Source: a virus (lineage: Duplodnaviria > Caudoviricetes). Taken from it: 39,658 nt of DNA. The stretch lies in IMG/VR virus record IMGVR_UViG_3300016472_000577, positions 1 to 39,658 of that record; one strand, 5' to 3'. The stretch's first letter is position 1; the number at the start of each line of letters is the position of its first letter. Below the pieces are notes generated by a model. It did not search any database. It saw only the letters and a program-made list of their open reading frames with translations, and was not told where the DNA came from. The translations under genes were made by a program, and so were the position numbers. Shown piece after piece: positions 1-8,192 of this stretch.

Positions 1-420
1 ATGACATTCAATCGCGGTGACACCGTCTATTGGCGGAAAGAACCGAAAGGTCGGTTCGTGTTCGTCGGCGTCAACAAGGACGGGTCGTATCAAATCGTCG
101 GCGGCGAGGAGGGATACAGGAGCGGGCGCGACGCCCATCCCGCCGATGTGTCGCTCGTGCCGTTTGAGGGAACGGACCAACTGATGTTCTATGCGAAGCA
201 GGAGGCGAACTTCGCGCAAGAGGTCACGGTGCAGATGCTCGCCGAGCGGTTCTCGCTCCCGACCTCCACGGTCAGCAAGTTTGTGCGCGACAACCCGCAC
301 CTGTTCAGAAAGGTCGGGCACGGGAAGTACGAAGTCCGCGGATTTGCGGACGCCGCCAGAGCCACCGTTGAGCGCGGGGAGATGCGAACCAAAAGGCGTG
401 TAAAGAAGACTCGGGCGTAG
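1..420 (+). CDS. Hypothetical protein (SH3-like N-terminus, possible C-terminal HTH)
   Basis: 139-aa ORF with phage-like codon usage; starts FNRGDTVYW; segment VQMLAERFSLPTSTVSKFV looks HTH-like. Confidence 0.6.
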   Translation: MTFNRGDTVYWRKEPKGRFVFVGVNKDGSYQIVGGEEGYRSGRDAHPADVSLVPFEGTDQLMFYAKQEANFAQEVTVQMLAERFSLPTSTVSKFVRDNPHLFRKVGHGKYEVRGFADAARATVERGEMRTKRRVKKTRA

Positions 421-441
421 CGGTCGGGTATCATCACCCGC

Positions 442-780
442 ATGTCCAGCGGGTGGTCGTTTTTTTTCGGCTTGACAAGTTCAAGCGTCGTGGTGTTGTT
501 CGTCGTTGTTGGTTTTGCCGTCCGTCGCCATCGTTTGGAGCGTCAGTTCGCTGAGGCGCTCGCGCTCTTGGACGACGACGATGAAGTGAGCGAGTCCAAG
601 GATTTGTTGAGCATGGCGAGCGCAATGTCGTACAGCCTGCTGCTTCGTCAGGCAGTTCTTGAGCGATGCGAAGGGATTGAAGACGAGGAGGAGCGGTTGA
701 GTTTCGTTGATGACTTGGTTGACATTGCCGAGGCTTACGGTGATGGTTTGGTCAAACGGTCAAAAAACTTGCGGTACTAG
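442..780 (+). CDS. Hypothetical membrane-anchored protein
   Basis: N-terminal hydrophobic helix (FFFGLTSSSVVVLFVVVGFAV) followed by an acidic domain. Confidence 0.6.
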   Translation: MSSGWSFFFGLTSSSVVVLFVVVGFAVRRHRLERQFAEALALLDDDDEVSESKDLLSMASAMSYSLLLRQAVLERCEGIEDEEERLSFVDDLVDIAEAYGDGLVKRSKNLRY

Positions 781-851
781 ACCCCACTTGACAATGTGGT
801 TGATGCGATTGCTGTCCTACACTCGCAGCAGTTCAGATTCGGAGCAACCTC

Positions 852-1637
852 TTGACCAAGAAGCAGCGAAAGATGGTGGCACTGAAAGTCCTTGAGACCA
901 GCGGCGTTGACCACCCCGCTCATCTTGAGGAAGGCTGGATTGTAATGAAGAACGCAGGCAACACAACGGAGGCAACCGTGTCAGAGAACACCGAGACCAC
1001 AGCCCAAGAGATGGACCCGACCCTTGAAGAGGCGTACATTGACCGCATCGTTGAGTTGGAGAAGTCGCTTGCTGCCTCCGAGAAACTCGTCGCCGACCTG
1101 AACGAAAAAGCCGAGAAGGCAAAGATGAAGATGGAGGAAGAGGAAGAGGAAGAGGAAGAGGAGGAGATGGACGAGGAGGAGACCTACAAGGCTCTCGTCA
1201 AGTCGCTCCCCGAACCCGTCCGCGAGATGTTGAAGAAGGCTGAGGACGCCGCAACCAAGGCGACCGAGGAACTTCGCAAGGAGCGCGAGACCCGCCGCGA
1301 CGAAGAGTTCGTCAAGAAGGCGGCAGGCTGGGCGCACATCACGGTGAACGCACAGGAGTTCGGTCCCGCGCTTCGTCGCCTGACCGACATGGACGCCGCG
1401 CTCGCCGAGCAGGTGGAAAAGGCTTTGGAAGCCGCGAACGCACAGGCGGAAAGCGCCGCCATCTTCACCGAAATCGGTCGCGGTAGCCGCCCCGACGAGA
1501 GCAACGCTTACGCCAAGGTGCAAGCGCTCGCCAAGGCAGCCCACCAAGCAGGCGAGTTCGCCACCGTTGAACAAGCGGTTGCGGGAATCATCCACAAAAA
1601 CCCCGACCTCTATGCGGCTTACCGCAACGAGCAATAA
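852..1637 (+). CDS. Capsid scaffolding protein with protease-like N-terminal motif
   Basis: Directly upstream of cement and capsid genes; acidic coiled coil with poly-Glu; N-terminal LKVLETSGVDHPAH resembles the E-x-S-x-V-D-x-P-A motif; C-terminal NPDLYAAY; GGAG RBS before TTG. Confidence 0.7.
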   Translation: MTKKQRKMVALKVLETSGVDHPAHLEEGWIVMKNAGNTTEATVSENTETTAQEMDPTLEEAYIDRIVELEKSLAASEKLVADLNEKAEKAKMKMEEEEEEEEEEEMDEEETYKALVKSLPEPVREMLKKAEDAATKATEELRKERETRRDEEFVKKAAGWAHITVNAQEFGPALRRLTDMDAALAEQVEKALEAANAQAESAAIFTEIGRGSRPDESNAYAKVQALAKAAHQAGEFATVEQAVAGIIHKNPDLYAAYRNEQ

Positions 1638-1652
1638 CAAGGAGCAATCAAC

Positions 1653-2048
1653 ATGGCATACGAAATCGCTGGCTACGCGGTCAGAATCACACTTCCCGCC
1701 GCGGCTGACTTGAGCGCGAAGCAGTACTTCTTCGTCAAGGTGAACTCGTCGGGTCAGGCGGCGCTGTGCTCCGCCGCAACGGACAAGCCCATCGGCGTCC
1801 TTCAGAACACGCCCGAGTCGGGCGAAGAGGCGTCAATCCTCGTCGTCGGCGGCACCAAGGTCATCGCTTCGGCGTCGCTTGACGAAGGCACGCTCATCGG
1901 CACGACTTCCGCAGGCAAGGCTGGCGCCAAAGTGCCGGGCACGGACACCTCCAACTATGTCGTGGGCACCGTCATCCTCGCCGCAGGCGCGGACAACGAA
2001 GTCCTGACCGCAGTGGTCAACTGCGCCAACCCGCACCGAGCCGCCTAA
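1653..2048 (+). CDS. Capsid cement/decoration protein (DUF2190-like)
   Basis: AAADLSAKQYFFVKVN...PIGVLQNTP...GGTKVIA pattern; lies between scaffold and capsid; AAGGAG RBS. Confidence 0.8.
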   Translation: MAYEIAGYAVRITLPAAADLSAKQYFFVKVNSSGQAALCSAATDKPIGVLQNTPESGEEASILVVGGTKVIASASLDEGTLIGTTSAGKAGAKVPGTDTSNYVVGTVILAAGADNEVLTAVVNCANPHRAA

Positions 2049-2075
2049 TAGAAATCTCAACACAGGAGAACAACA

Positions 2076-3026
2076 ATGCCACAGCCAACATCCTCACAGG
2101 TCCATGTTGATGCGATTCTGACGAACATCAGCGTCGCCTACATGCAACAGCAGGCGAACTTCGTCGCAAGCCGAGTGTTCCCAATCGTCCCTGTCTCCAA
2201 GCAGTCGGACAAGTTCTTCACCTACACGAAGAACGACTGGTTCCGCGATGAGGCGCAGCGTCGTGCAGACGCCACCGAATCGGCAGGCGGCGGCTACGGG
2301 CTGTCAACCGACTCCTACCAATGCGATGTGTTCGCATTCCACAAGGACATTGGCGACCAGACCCGCGCCAACGCGGACGCACCGATTCAGGTTGACCGCG
2401 AAGCCGCGGAGTTCGTCACCAGCCGTTTGATGCTGAAGATGGAGACGCAGTTCGTGTCCACCTTCTTCCAGAGCGGCGTGTGGGGCACCGACGACACACC
2501 GAGCAACCTGTGGAGCGACTACACCTCGTCGGACCCGCTCAACGATGTTGAGGATGCGAAGCGTCAAATCCTTTCCACCACGGGCTTTGAGCCGAACACG
2601 CTGCTGCTCGGCTACGATGTGTTCAAGACGCTGAAGAACCACCCCGACTTGGTGGACCGCATCAAGTACACCTCATCGCAGGTCATCACCGAGGGTCTCA
2701 TGGCGAGCCTCTTTGATGTTCCGCGAGTGATGGTCGCGAAGGCTGTCAAGGCGACGAACAACGAGGGTGGCACCGCCGCCTACGACTTCACGCACGGCAA
2801 GAACGCGCTCTTGTGCTACTCGGCTCCCTCGGCGGGACTTCTCCAGCCCTCGGCTGGCTATGTCATGTCGTGGACGGGTGTGTCGCAGGGTCTCGGGCAG
2901 ACCGTGGGCACGAGCCGCATCCGCATGGAGCAGTTCAAGGCGGACCGCATTGAGTCGGAAATCTCGTTTGACATGAAGGTCATCGGCGCCGACCTCGGCT
3001 ACTTCTTCTCGGCAGTCGTTGCCTGA
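2076..3026 (+). CDS. Major capsid protein
   Basis: 316 aa; VHVDAILTNISVAY start, FPIVPV and PNTL motifs typical of this capsid family; CAGGAG RBS; synteny. Confidence 0.88.
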   Translation: MPQPTSSQVHVDAILTNISVAYMQQQANFVASRVFPIVPVSKQSDKFFTYTKNDWFRDEAQRRADATESAGGGYGLSTDSYQCDVFAFHKDIGDQTRANADAPIQVDREAAEFVTSRLMLKMETQFVSTFFQSGVWGTDDTPSNLWSDYTSSDPLNDVEDAKRQILSTTGFEPNTLLLGYDVFKTLKNHPDLVDRIKYTSSQVITEGLMASLFDVPRVMVAKAVKATNNEGGTAAYDFTHGKNALLCYSAPSAGLLQPSAGYVMSWTGVSQGLGQTVGTSRIRMEQFKADRIESEISFDMKVIGADLGYFFSAVVA

Positions 3027-3038
3027 TAGGGGCGTCCA

Positions 3039-3461
3039 ATGACCAACCTCATCACCAAAGGCGAGGCTGTCGCTGGCAAGTTGACGGCATCGCAAGACAT
3101 TCAGGCAGGGGATGACCTCACCGTTGGCGATGATGCCGCGGTGACTGGCGACCTGACGGCGGGTACGCTCGCGGTCGGTTCGTCGGGTTCGGTCATCAAC
3201 AAGATTGCCTCCAGCACGGCGGCGGTTGATTTCCCGAGCATCTCGGCTGCGCAAACTGGTTCGGCGACTTTCACGCTGACTGGTGCGGCTGCTGGCGACA
3301 TGGTCCTGTTGAACCCGCCTGCTCTTACGAGCGGTTTGGTGTTCGCTGGCGCGACGGTCACTGCCGCCAACACGGTCACCGTGTACGCGGTCAACGCGAC
3401 TGCCAGCCCCATCAACGAGGCGTCGGCAACATTTAGGTACCTGTGGGTTGACCTGACCTGA
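3039..3461 (+). CDS. Virion structural protein (head fibre/decoration-like)
   Basis: Beta-rich Ala/Thr/Gly protein immediately after the capsid gene. Confidence 0.6.
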   Translation: MTNLITKGEAVAGKLTASQDIQAGDDLTVGDDAAVTGDLTAGTLAVGSSGSVINKIASSTAAVDFPSISAAQTGSATFTLTGAAAGDMVLLNPPALTSGLVFAGATVTAANTVTVYAVNATASPINEASATFRYLWVDLT

Positions 3462-3501
3462 TTCTTCGGTCTCGTGACCGTAGTGTCCAATAATCGGAGG
3501 A
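3462..3501 (+). promoter_or_regulatory. RBS-sequestering RNA hairpin with GTGACC-gta-GTGTCC in the loop
   Basis: TTCTTCGGT (3462-3470) pairs with ATCGGAGGA (3493-3501, includes the SD of the 3505 gene) using G-U pairs; the loop motif recurs at 6374 and 7842. Confidence 0.6.
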
Positions 3502-3504
3502 AAC

Positions 3505-3774
3505 ATGGCATACAAAGTATTGAAACCCATCCCGAAAGGTAATGGGGAGACGATTCCAACGGGGACGCTGGTTGACGCCGCCAAGTGGCGCAATCTGCGG
3601 ACGCTCATCAGCGGACGGTTTCTGGTGGAGGTCGTTGATGCGATTGCCGTCAAGCCTGTCGTCGCGTCGGCGCCGAAAGCCGTTGTTGCCGAAGTACAGA
3701 CGCCAGTTGAGGTGCAGGAGGAAAAGCCGCGCTCGGTTCGCAGGAGCCGCAAGCGTGATGAATCGGAGGAGTAA
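3505..3774 (+). CDS. Small head-associated hypothetical protein (YKVLK N-terminus)
   Basis: GGAGG RBS; N-terminus resembles that of 6464..6643. Confidence 0.7.
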   Translation: MAYKVLKPIPKGNGETIPTGTLVDAAKWRNLRTLISGRFLVEVVDAIAVKPVVASAPKAVVAEVQTPVEVQEEKPRSVRRSRKRDESEE

Positions 3775-3777
3775 GCC

Positions 3778-4206
3778 GTGACTTGGTCGTATTCGGGAAA
3801 CCCGTCCAACTCGGCGAACGACAAGGTTCGTTTCTTGTGCGGCGATACCGACACGAACAATCAGCAAATCTCCAACGAGGAGATTGCCTTTTTGTTGACG
3901 GAGTGGAACAGCAACGCTTACTTGGCTGCGGCGTTTGCATGTGATGCGATTAGCAGCAAACTGTCGGCGAAATCCGACCTGTCGCGGTCGGTCGGTGACC
4001 TTTCTATTTCCACGCAGTACGGTACGCAGGCGAAGACCTACATGGAGCGTGCCGCGTCGCTTCGTGCTCTCGCGGTCAGGGCGTCCCCGCCGTCGCCGAA
4101 CTTTGACACCGAAACCTTTGACGGCACTTTTGATTTCTATGTCGGGATGGACGAGAATCTCGGGTCATCCACCAGCGTTCCGCCGCTACGCCCGATTACG
4201 GGGTGA
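3778..4206 (+). CDS. Head-tail adaptor/connector
   Basis: WSYSGNP...DKVRFLCGDTD...EEIAFLL...SVGDLSI pattern; synteny. Confidence 0.78.
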   Translation: MTWSYSGNPSNSANDKVRFLCGDTDTNNQQISNEEIAFLLTEWNSNAYLAAAFACDAISSKLSAKSDLSRSVGDLSISTQYGTQAKTYMERAASLRALAVRASPPSPNFDTETFDGTFDFYVGMDENLGSSTSVPPLRPITG

Positions 4207-4209
4207 GCC

Positions 4210-4533
4210 GTGACCATAGAAGCCGCCTTTTTGGAGATGATGCCGTCAACGGTGACGGTGTTCGCCAAGACGGCTACCGACGCCTACGGCAAGTTCACTT
4301 TTAGCGCCAGTGGCACGGCGGTTTCGTGCCGCATCCAACCATCAAACAATGTGACGACGACGATGGACAACCGAGAGGTGGTCACTCGCGGCACCATCAT
4401 TTTCTACGGCACGCCTGCCATCACCACGGATTCCAAGATTGTTTTGCCTGACGGCACCATCCCGTTGATAGTGACGGTGCAGGTGCACAACGACGACACG
4501 GGCACCCACCACACGACTGTGACCTACGCATGA
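4210..4533 (+). CDS. Head-to-tail stopper/closure protein
   Basis: 107-aa beta-rich protein with DAYG motif; follows the adaptor. Confidence 0.72.
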   Translation: MTIEAAFLEMMPSTVTVFAKTATDAYGKFTFSASGTAVSCRIQPSNNVTTTMDNREVVTRGTIIFYGTPAITTDSKIVLPDGTIPLIVTVQVHNDDTGTHHTTVTYA

Positions 4534-4985
4534 GCAAGAGGTTGATGCACATTGAGGTCACGGGTTTGCGTGATGTTGCCGCGATGATTCATGCTGGCAA
4601 GACGAAGATTGCCGATGCAACCAAGGAGGCTTTGTACGCCGAAGCCAATGTGATTCTCGCGGAGTCAAAGAAGCAGGTTCCGTTCAGGCACGGCATTCTG
4701 TCGGGTTCGGGCATGGTGCACCAGCCGTATCAGGCGGGCAAGAAGGTCGCGGTGGAGATTTCATACGGAGGAGGCGCCGTTGATTACGCTTGGGTGCAGC
4801 ACGAGAACTTGAAGTTCAGGCATGCGCCGGGCAGGAAAGCCAAGTATCTTGAGGACCCCGTCGCCGATGCGTCCGTTCGTTTGCAGCAACGGTTGCGGCA
4901 GATGGTGGCGTTCATTCTGCGGCGGAGTGGCGCCGTGCCGCCGTGGCTTGATTCGGATTACACCGAGAACGAGCAGGAGGACTGA
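4530..4985 (+). CDS. Neck/tail completion protein (HK97 gp10-like)
   Basis: SKKQVP...G.L..SG and YAWVQHE...AKYLEDP motifs; synteny. Confidence 0.75.
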   Translation: MSKRLMHIEVTGLRDVAAMIHAGKTKIADATKEALYAEANVILAESKKQVPFRHGILSGSGMVHQPYQAGKKVAVEISYGGGAVDYAWVQHENLKFRHAPGRKAKYLEDPVADASVRLQQRLRQMVAFILRRSGAVPPWLDSDYTENEQED

Positions 4986-5380
4986 TGGCGATTCTTGATG
5001 CGTTGGGCACCTACCTGCAAACGCAGGGGCAGGGGACTTTGGCGACCAACATTTTTCTTGCCCGCATGCCCGCCGACCCCGATGCTTGTGTGACGCTGTA
5101 CGAGAACTCGGGCGTCGGTCCCGACCACACATTCGGGGCGGGTGTGAAGGCGATTGACCATCAACGGGTCAGGGTGTATTGCAGGGCGGCACGCAACGAT
5201 TACCCCGCGGCTCGCACCAAAGCGGAGAATGTGCGCTCGGTGCTTGGTGCGATTCGCAACACCACGCTCTCGGGAGTGTCCATTCTGTGTGTGCTGTCCA
5301 CCTCGGAGTTGTATCCGCTCCAACGGGACAACGATGACAGGGCGTTGGTCGGATGCGATTTCACGGTTTGGTTGCCGTGA
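4985..5380 (+). CDS. Tail terminator (minor capsid-type family)
   Basis: IFLARMPADPD, RVYCR and D.DDRALV.CDF motifs; synteny. Confidence 0.75.
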   Translation: MAILDALGTYLQTQGQGTLATNIFLARMPADPDACVTLYENSGVGPDHTFGAGVKAIDHQRVRVYCRAARNDYPAARTKAENVRSVLGAIRNTTLSGVSILCVLSTSELYPLQRDNDDRALVGCDFTVWLP

Positions 5381-5526
5381 ACGACAAGCCCGTTGACCCT
5401 TACGGGAGGGCGCCGAAAAACGACGAGGCGCCGCGGTGTTGGCGTTGTAAAAAGATGCTGGCGGTCTCGGTGACTCGTCCGTGGACCATTATTTGCCCTC
5501 GGTGCAAGGCTCGCAACGCCGCATAA
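5377..5526 (+). CDS. Com-family zinc-ribbon protein (putative translational regulator), 49 aa
   Basis: Not in the ORF track; my translation is MNDKPVDPYGRAPKNDEAPRCWRCKKMLAVSVTRPWTIICPRCKARNAA; RCxxCxKxL...ICPRCKxxN matches the Mu Com pattern; GTGA overlap with the upstream stop. Confidence 0.8.
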   Translation: MNDKPVDPYGRAPKNDEAPRCWRCKKMLAVSVTRPWTIICPRCKARNAA

Positions 5527-5546
5527 CCCCCCTGTCGCCGAGATGC

Positions 5547-5575
5547 TTGCCTTGGGGGTGTTGTTTCGGTAGGAT
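5547..5575 (+). promoter_or_regulatory. Putative housekeeping-sigma promoter for the inserted cassette
   Basis: TTGCCT-17 bp-TAGGAT, followed by a GGAAGGAGG RBS. Confidence 0.5.
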
Positions 5576-5601
5576 TTGACCCGTCAACGGAAGGAGGATT
5601 C

Positions 5602-5706
5602 GTGACAGGGTTGATGACATTCTTGAAGGTGATGTACGGATTGGGTCTGGTGTTTTTGCCGTTATGGCTCGCCATCCTTTTCGCTTGGATTCTCGGAGAC
5701 GAATGA
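5602..5706 (+). CDS. Small membrane peptide (34 aa)
   Basis: MTGLMTFLKVMYGLGLVFLPLWLAILFAWILGDE; strong GGAAGGAGG RBS. Confidence 0.6.
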   Translation: MTGLMTFLKVMYGLGLVFLPLWLAILFAWILGDE

Positions 5707-5707
5707 C

Positions 5708-5791
5708 ATGATTGAGTTTTGGATTTCGGTCGGGTTTGCGGTGATGGTTGCCTTCGGCGCCTTGCTATTCTGTTCGGAGCGTCAGCAATGA
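5708..5791 (+). CDS. Small membrane peptide (27 aa)
   Basis: MIEFWISVGFAVMVAFGALLFCSERQQ; fills the gap exactly and overlaps the next gene by ATGA. Confidence 0.5.
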   Translation: MIEFWISVGFAVMVAFGALLFCSERQQ

Positions 5792-6318
5792 CCTCGCCGA
5801 AACGGACGATTGGCGCGGTGTTTGCGGTGTTCTTGCTTGCTTGGCTGGTGTATTCGGCGGTGAGTCTGCCTAGCGTCGCCCCGACCACCACGACCACCAC
5901 CACGGTCAAGTTGGCGCATGCGATTGCCACCACGACCACGACCACCACGACCACGACCACTACCACCACGGTCGCCCGCTCAACTGGCGCTTGGCGGTGC
6001 CCCCAATACGAGCATCTGTTCTTGGAATACGGGCTTGAACCAGTGGAAACTTTTTCGTACATCGCGTACCGAGAAAGCCGTTGCCGAAAGAAAGCAATCA
6101 ACGCCAAGTTTGACGAGGAAGGCAACATCGTTTGGGCGTTGAACCGAAACGGGTCGTATGACTCGGGGCTTCTGCAAATCAACTCAACTTGGCGGACCGT
6201 CACGAGAGAGATTTGTGGGGGGGGCTTAGAACTTCTGATGCAGGTGGATTGCAACCTCCGAGTGGCGAAGTATTTGTTGGACAACGGCGGTTTGTCGCAC
6301 TGGGGAATCAAAGACTAG
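5788..6318 (+). CDS. Membrane-anchored lytic transglycosylase (SLT/lysozyme-like) with Thr-rich linker
   Basis: N-terminal TM/signal, poly-Thr linker, IAYRES catalytic Glu, NGSYDSGLLQIN motif; start moved to ATG 5788. Confidence 0.8.
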   Translation: MTSPKRTIGAVFAVFLLAWLVYSAVSLPSVAPTTTTTTTVKLAHAIATTTTTTTTTTTTTTVARSTGAWRCPQYEHLFLEYGLEPVETFSYIAYRESRCRKKAINAKFDEEGNIVWALNRNGSYDSGLLQINSTWRTVTREICGGGLELLMQVDCNLRVAKYLLDNGGLSHWGIKD

Positions 6319-6364
6319 ACCCCTGTTGAGGGGCTGTTGGAGGGCTGGCGACTGTAAAGTCGGC

Positions 6365-6460
6365 GCTGTCATCGTGTCCTCGTGACCTCGGCATCGCCCA
6401 TCGTGCCCAAGTGGTCGGGTGAGAGTCGGGGATGCGAACACGCCCACGACACTCAGGAGC
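6365..6460 (+). promoter_or_regulatory. Structured 5' leader with two paired GTG-hexamer motifs
   Basis: CATCGTGTCC-tc-GTGACC (6370-6387) and CATCGTGCCC-aa-GTGGTC (6399-6416); stems CCTCGGC/GTCGGGG, TCGCCC/GGGTGA, CGTGT/ACACG. Confidence 0.55.
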
Positions 6461-6463
6461 GAC

Positions 6464-6643
6464 ATGCCGAAGTACAAGGTTCTCAAAGGGATTGACTACC
6501 CGCCAAACAAGCGGGCGGAAGTCGGCGATGTGGTGGAAGACCTCCCGAGCCAGTCAATCAAATGGCTCCGCGAGCAGGGAATCGTTGAGTTGCTAGACCA
6601 AAAAACGAAGCCTGCCGCCGATGCGACCAAGGAAGAGGTCTGA
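6464..6643 (+). CDS. Small hypothetical virion-module protein (YKVLK N-terminus)
   Basis: CAGGAG RBS before ATG 6464; MPKYKVLKGIDYPPNKRAEVGDVVEDLP...WLREQGIVE. Confidence 0.75.
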   Translation: MPKYKVLKGIDYPPNKRAEVGDVVEDLPSQSIKWLREQGIVELLDQKTKPAADATKEEV

Positions 6644-6645
6644 CG

Positions 6646-7374
6646 ATGGCTTTCATCCACGGCAAAGACGCCGCGGTCGTGCACGGCACCACAGCCCTGA
6701 CCTCGTTCCTCAATGACGGGTCCGTGTCGCAAGACATTGAGACCGCCGAGACGACCGTGTTCGGGAGCAGCGGCGGAGCAAAAACCTACATCACGGGGCT
6801 TCGCGACGCGACGCTTTCCGCGTCGGGGTTGTTTGACGGTGATTCAACCGCGGTAGACGCGGTGCTTAGCGCCTCAATCGGCTCCGACACGCTCGCACCC
6901 GTCATTTTCGCACAGTCGGGCATCGCCGCAGGCAACCGTTGCTACATCCTGCAAGCCAAGACGACTTCGTATGAAGTATCCGCCCCCGTGGGTGATGTGG
7001 TGTCGGTTTCTTACGACGCACAGGCTGACGGCGGAGCGGACGATGCGATTCTCCTGACGGCACTTGCCGCCGTGACCGCGACAGGCAACGGGTCATCGCA
7101 AGACAACGCGGCGTCAACGAGCAACGGGGGAATCGCACAGTTGCATGTCACCGCGAACACGATGAACAACAACACCGTCTTCAAGGTCCAGCATTCGGCT
7201 GACAACAGCACTTGGGCTGACCTCGCCACCTTCACGACCGTAGCAACCACGGTCAAAACCTCGGAACGGGTCGCCGTCGCATCGGGCACGACCGTCAACC
7301 GATACCTCCGCGCCAACTACACAGCGAGTGGCTCGGGTTCAATCACATTCACGATGGCGTTCGCAAGACGCTAA
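6646..7374 (+). CDS. Tail tube-like protein with extra C-terminal beta domain
   Basis: N-terminal ~125 aa paralogous to 7390..7809 (MAFxHGK, DIETAETTxFG, AKTYIxGLxDAT, TSYEVSAxVGDVV). Confidence 0.75.
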   Translation: MAFIHGKDAAVVHGTTALTSFLNDGSVSQDIETAETTVFGSSGGAKTYITGLRDATLSASGLFDGDSTAVDAVLSASIGSDTLAPVIFAQSGIAAGNRCYILQAKTTSYEVSAPVGDVVSVSYDAQADGGADDAILLTALAAVTATGNGSSQDNAASTSNGGIAQLHVTANTMNNNTVFKVQHSADNSTWADLATFTTVATTVKTSERVAVASGTTVNRYLRANYTASGSGSITFTMAFARR

Positions 7375-7389
7375 GGAGAAACAACCATC

Positions 7390-7809
7390 ATGGCATTCGT
7401 ACACGGCAAATCAGCGGTCTTCAAGTTGGACGACTCGGGCGGCACGCTCCGCGACCTGTCGGCGTATCTGGACGACCTCGGCTTCCCCCGCGACATTGAG
7501 ACCGCAGAAACGACGACTTTCGGCGTCTCTGGCTCAGCCAAGACCTACATCGTCGGTCTGTCCGATGCAACCATCAGCATCTCGGGCAAGTTTGACTCCA
7601 CGGCTGACGGCTACTTGGCTGGCGTCCTCGGACAGTCCGCGACCCTCTCGTTTGAGTACGGTCCCGAGGGAAGTTCCTCTGGCAAGGTGAAGTACTCTGG
7701 CGAGTGCATCATGACCTCCTACGAAGTCTCGGCTTCGGTGGGGGATGTGGTGACTGCTTCGGCAGATTTCCAAGTGACGGGACAAATCACCCGAGGCACT
7801 TGGTCGTAA
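7390..7809 (+). CDS. Major tail tube protein
   Basis: 139 aa, directly before the tail chaperone; tail-tube motifs; AAGGAG RBS. Confidence 0.82.
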   Translation: MAFVHGKSAVFKLDDSGGTLRDLSAYLDDLGFPRDIETAETTTFGVSGSAKTYIVGLSDATISISGKFDSTADGYLAGVLGQSATLSFEYGPEGSSSGKVKYSGECIMTSYEVSASVGDVVTASADFQVTGQITRGTWS

Positions 7810-7841
7810 TAAACAACCCAACAACAACATAGGAGAATACC

Positions 7842-8192
7842 GTGTCCCTTCGTGACCGCATCATTGCAGTAGACGACACCCAGCGAGAACTCGTCAAGAT
7901 TGACGAGTGGGGTGTTGAAGTTGAAATCCGTGGAATGTCGGGTGCAGCCCGCGCAGCAATCTCTCAAGATGCGGCGAACAACAACGGCAACATTGACATG
8001 CGACGCATGATGCCAGAAATCGTGGTGCAGTGTGTCTACGACCCCGAGACGGGCGAGCGGGTGTTTGACGGCGCAGACAAGGACATTGTCATGGGCAAAT
8101 CGGGAGCCGCCTTGGACAAAATCGTCGCCGCAGCGATGCGATTGTCTGGCTTCGGAGAGAAGGCGGTGGATGAGGCGGGAAAAGGCTCCTAG
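7842..8192 (+). CDS. Tail assembly chaperone (gpG-like)
   Basis: Between tail tube and tape measure; ends in EAGK at a slippery site. Confidence 0.85.
   Translation: MSLRDRIIAVDDTQRELVKIDEWGVEVEIRGMSGAARAAISQDAANNNGNIDMRRMMPEIVVQCVYDPETGERVFDGADKDIVMGKSGAALDKIVAAAMRLSGFGEKAVDEAGKGS
8177..8183 (+). other. Programmed -1 ribosomal frameshift site GGGAAAA
   Basis: G GGA AAA heptamer at the end of the chaperone; the -1 frame is open to 8371. Confidence 0.85.

Noticed and set aside
788-823. TTGACA...TACACT upstream of the scaffold gene as a standard promoter
   Set aside because: The spacing is 24 bp rather than 16-18. A late or activator-dependent promoter is possible but cannot be supported from sequence alone.
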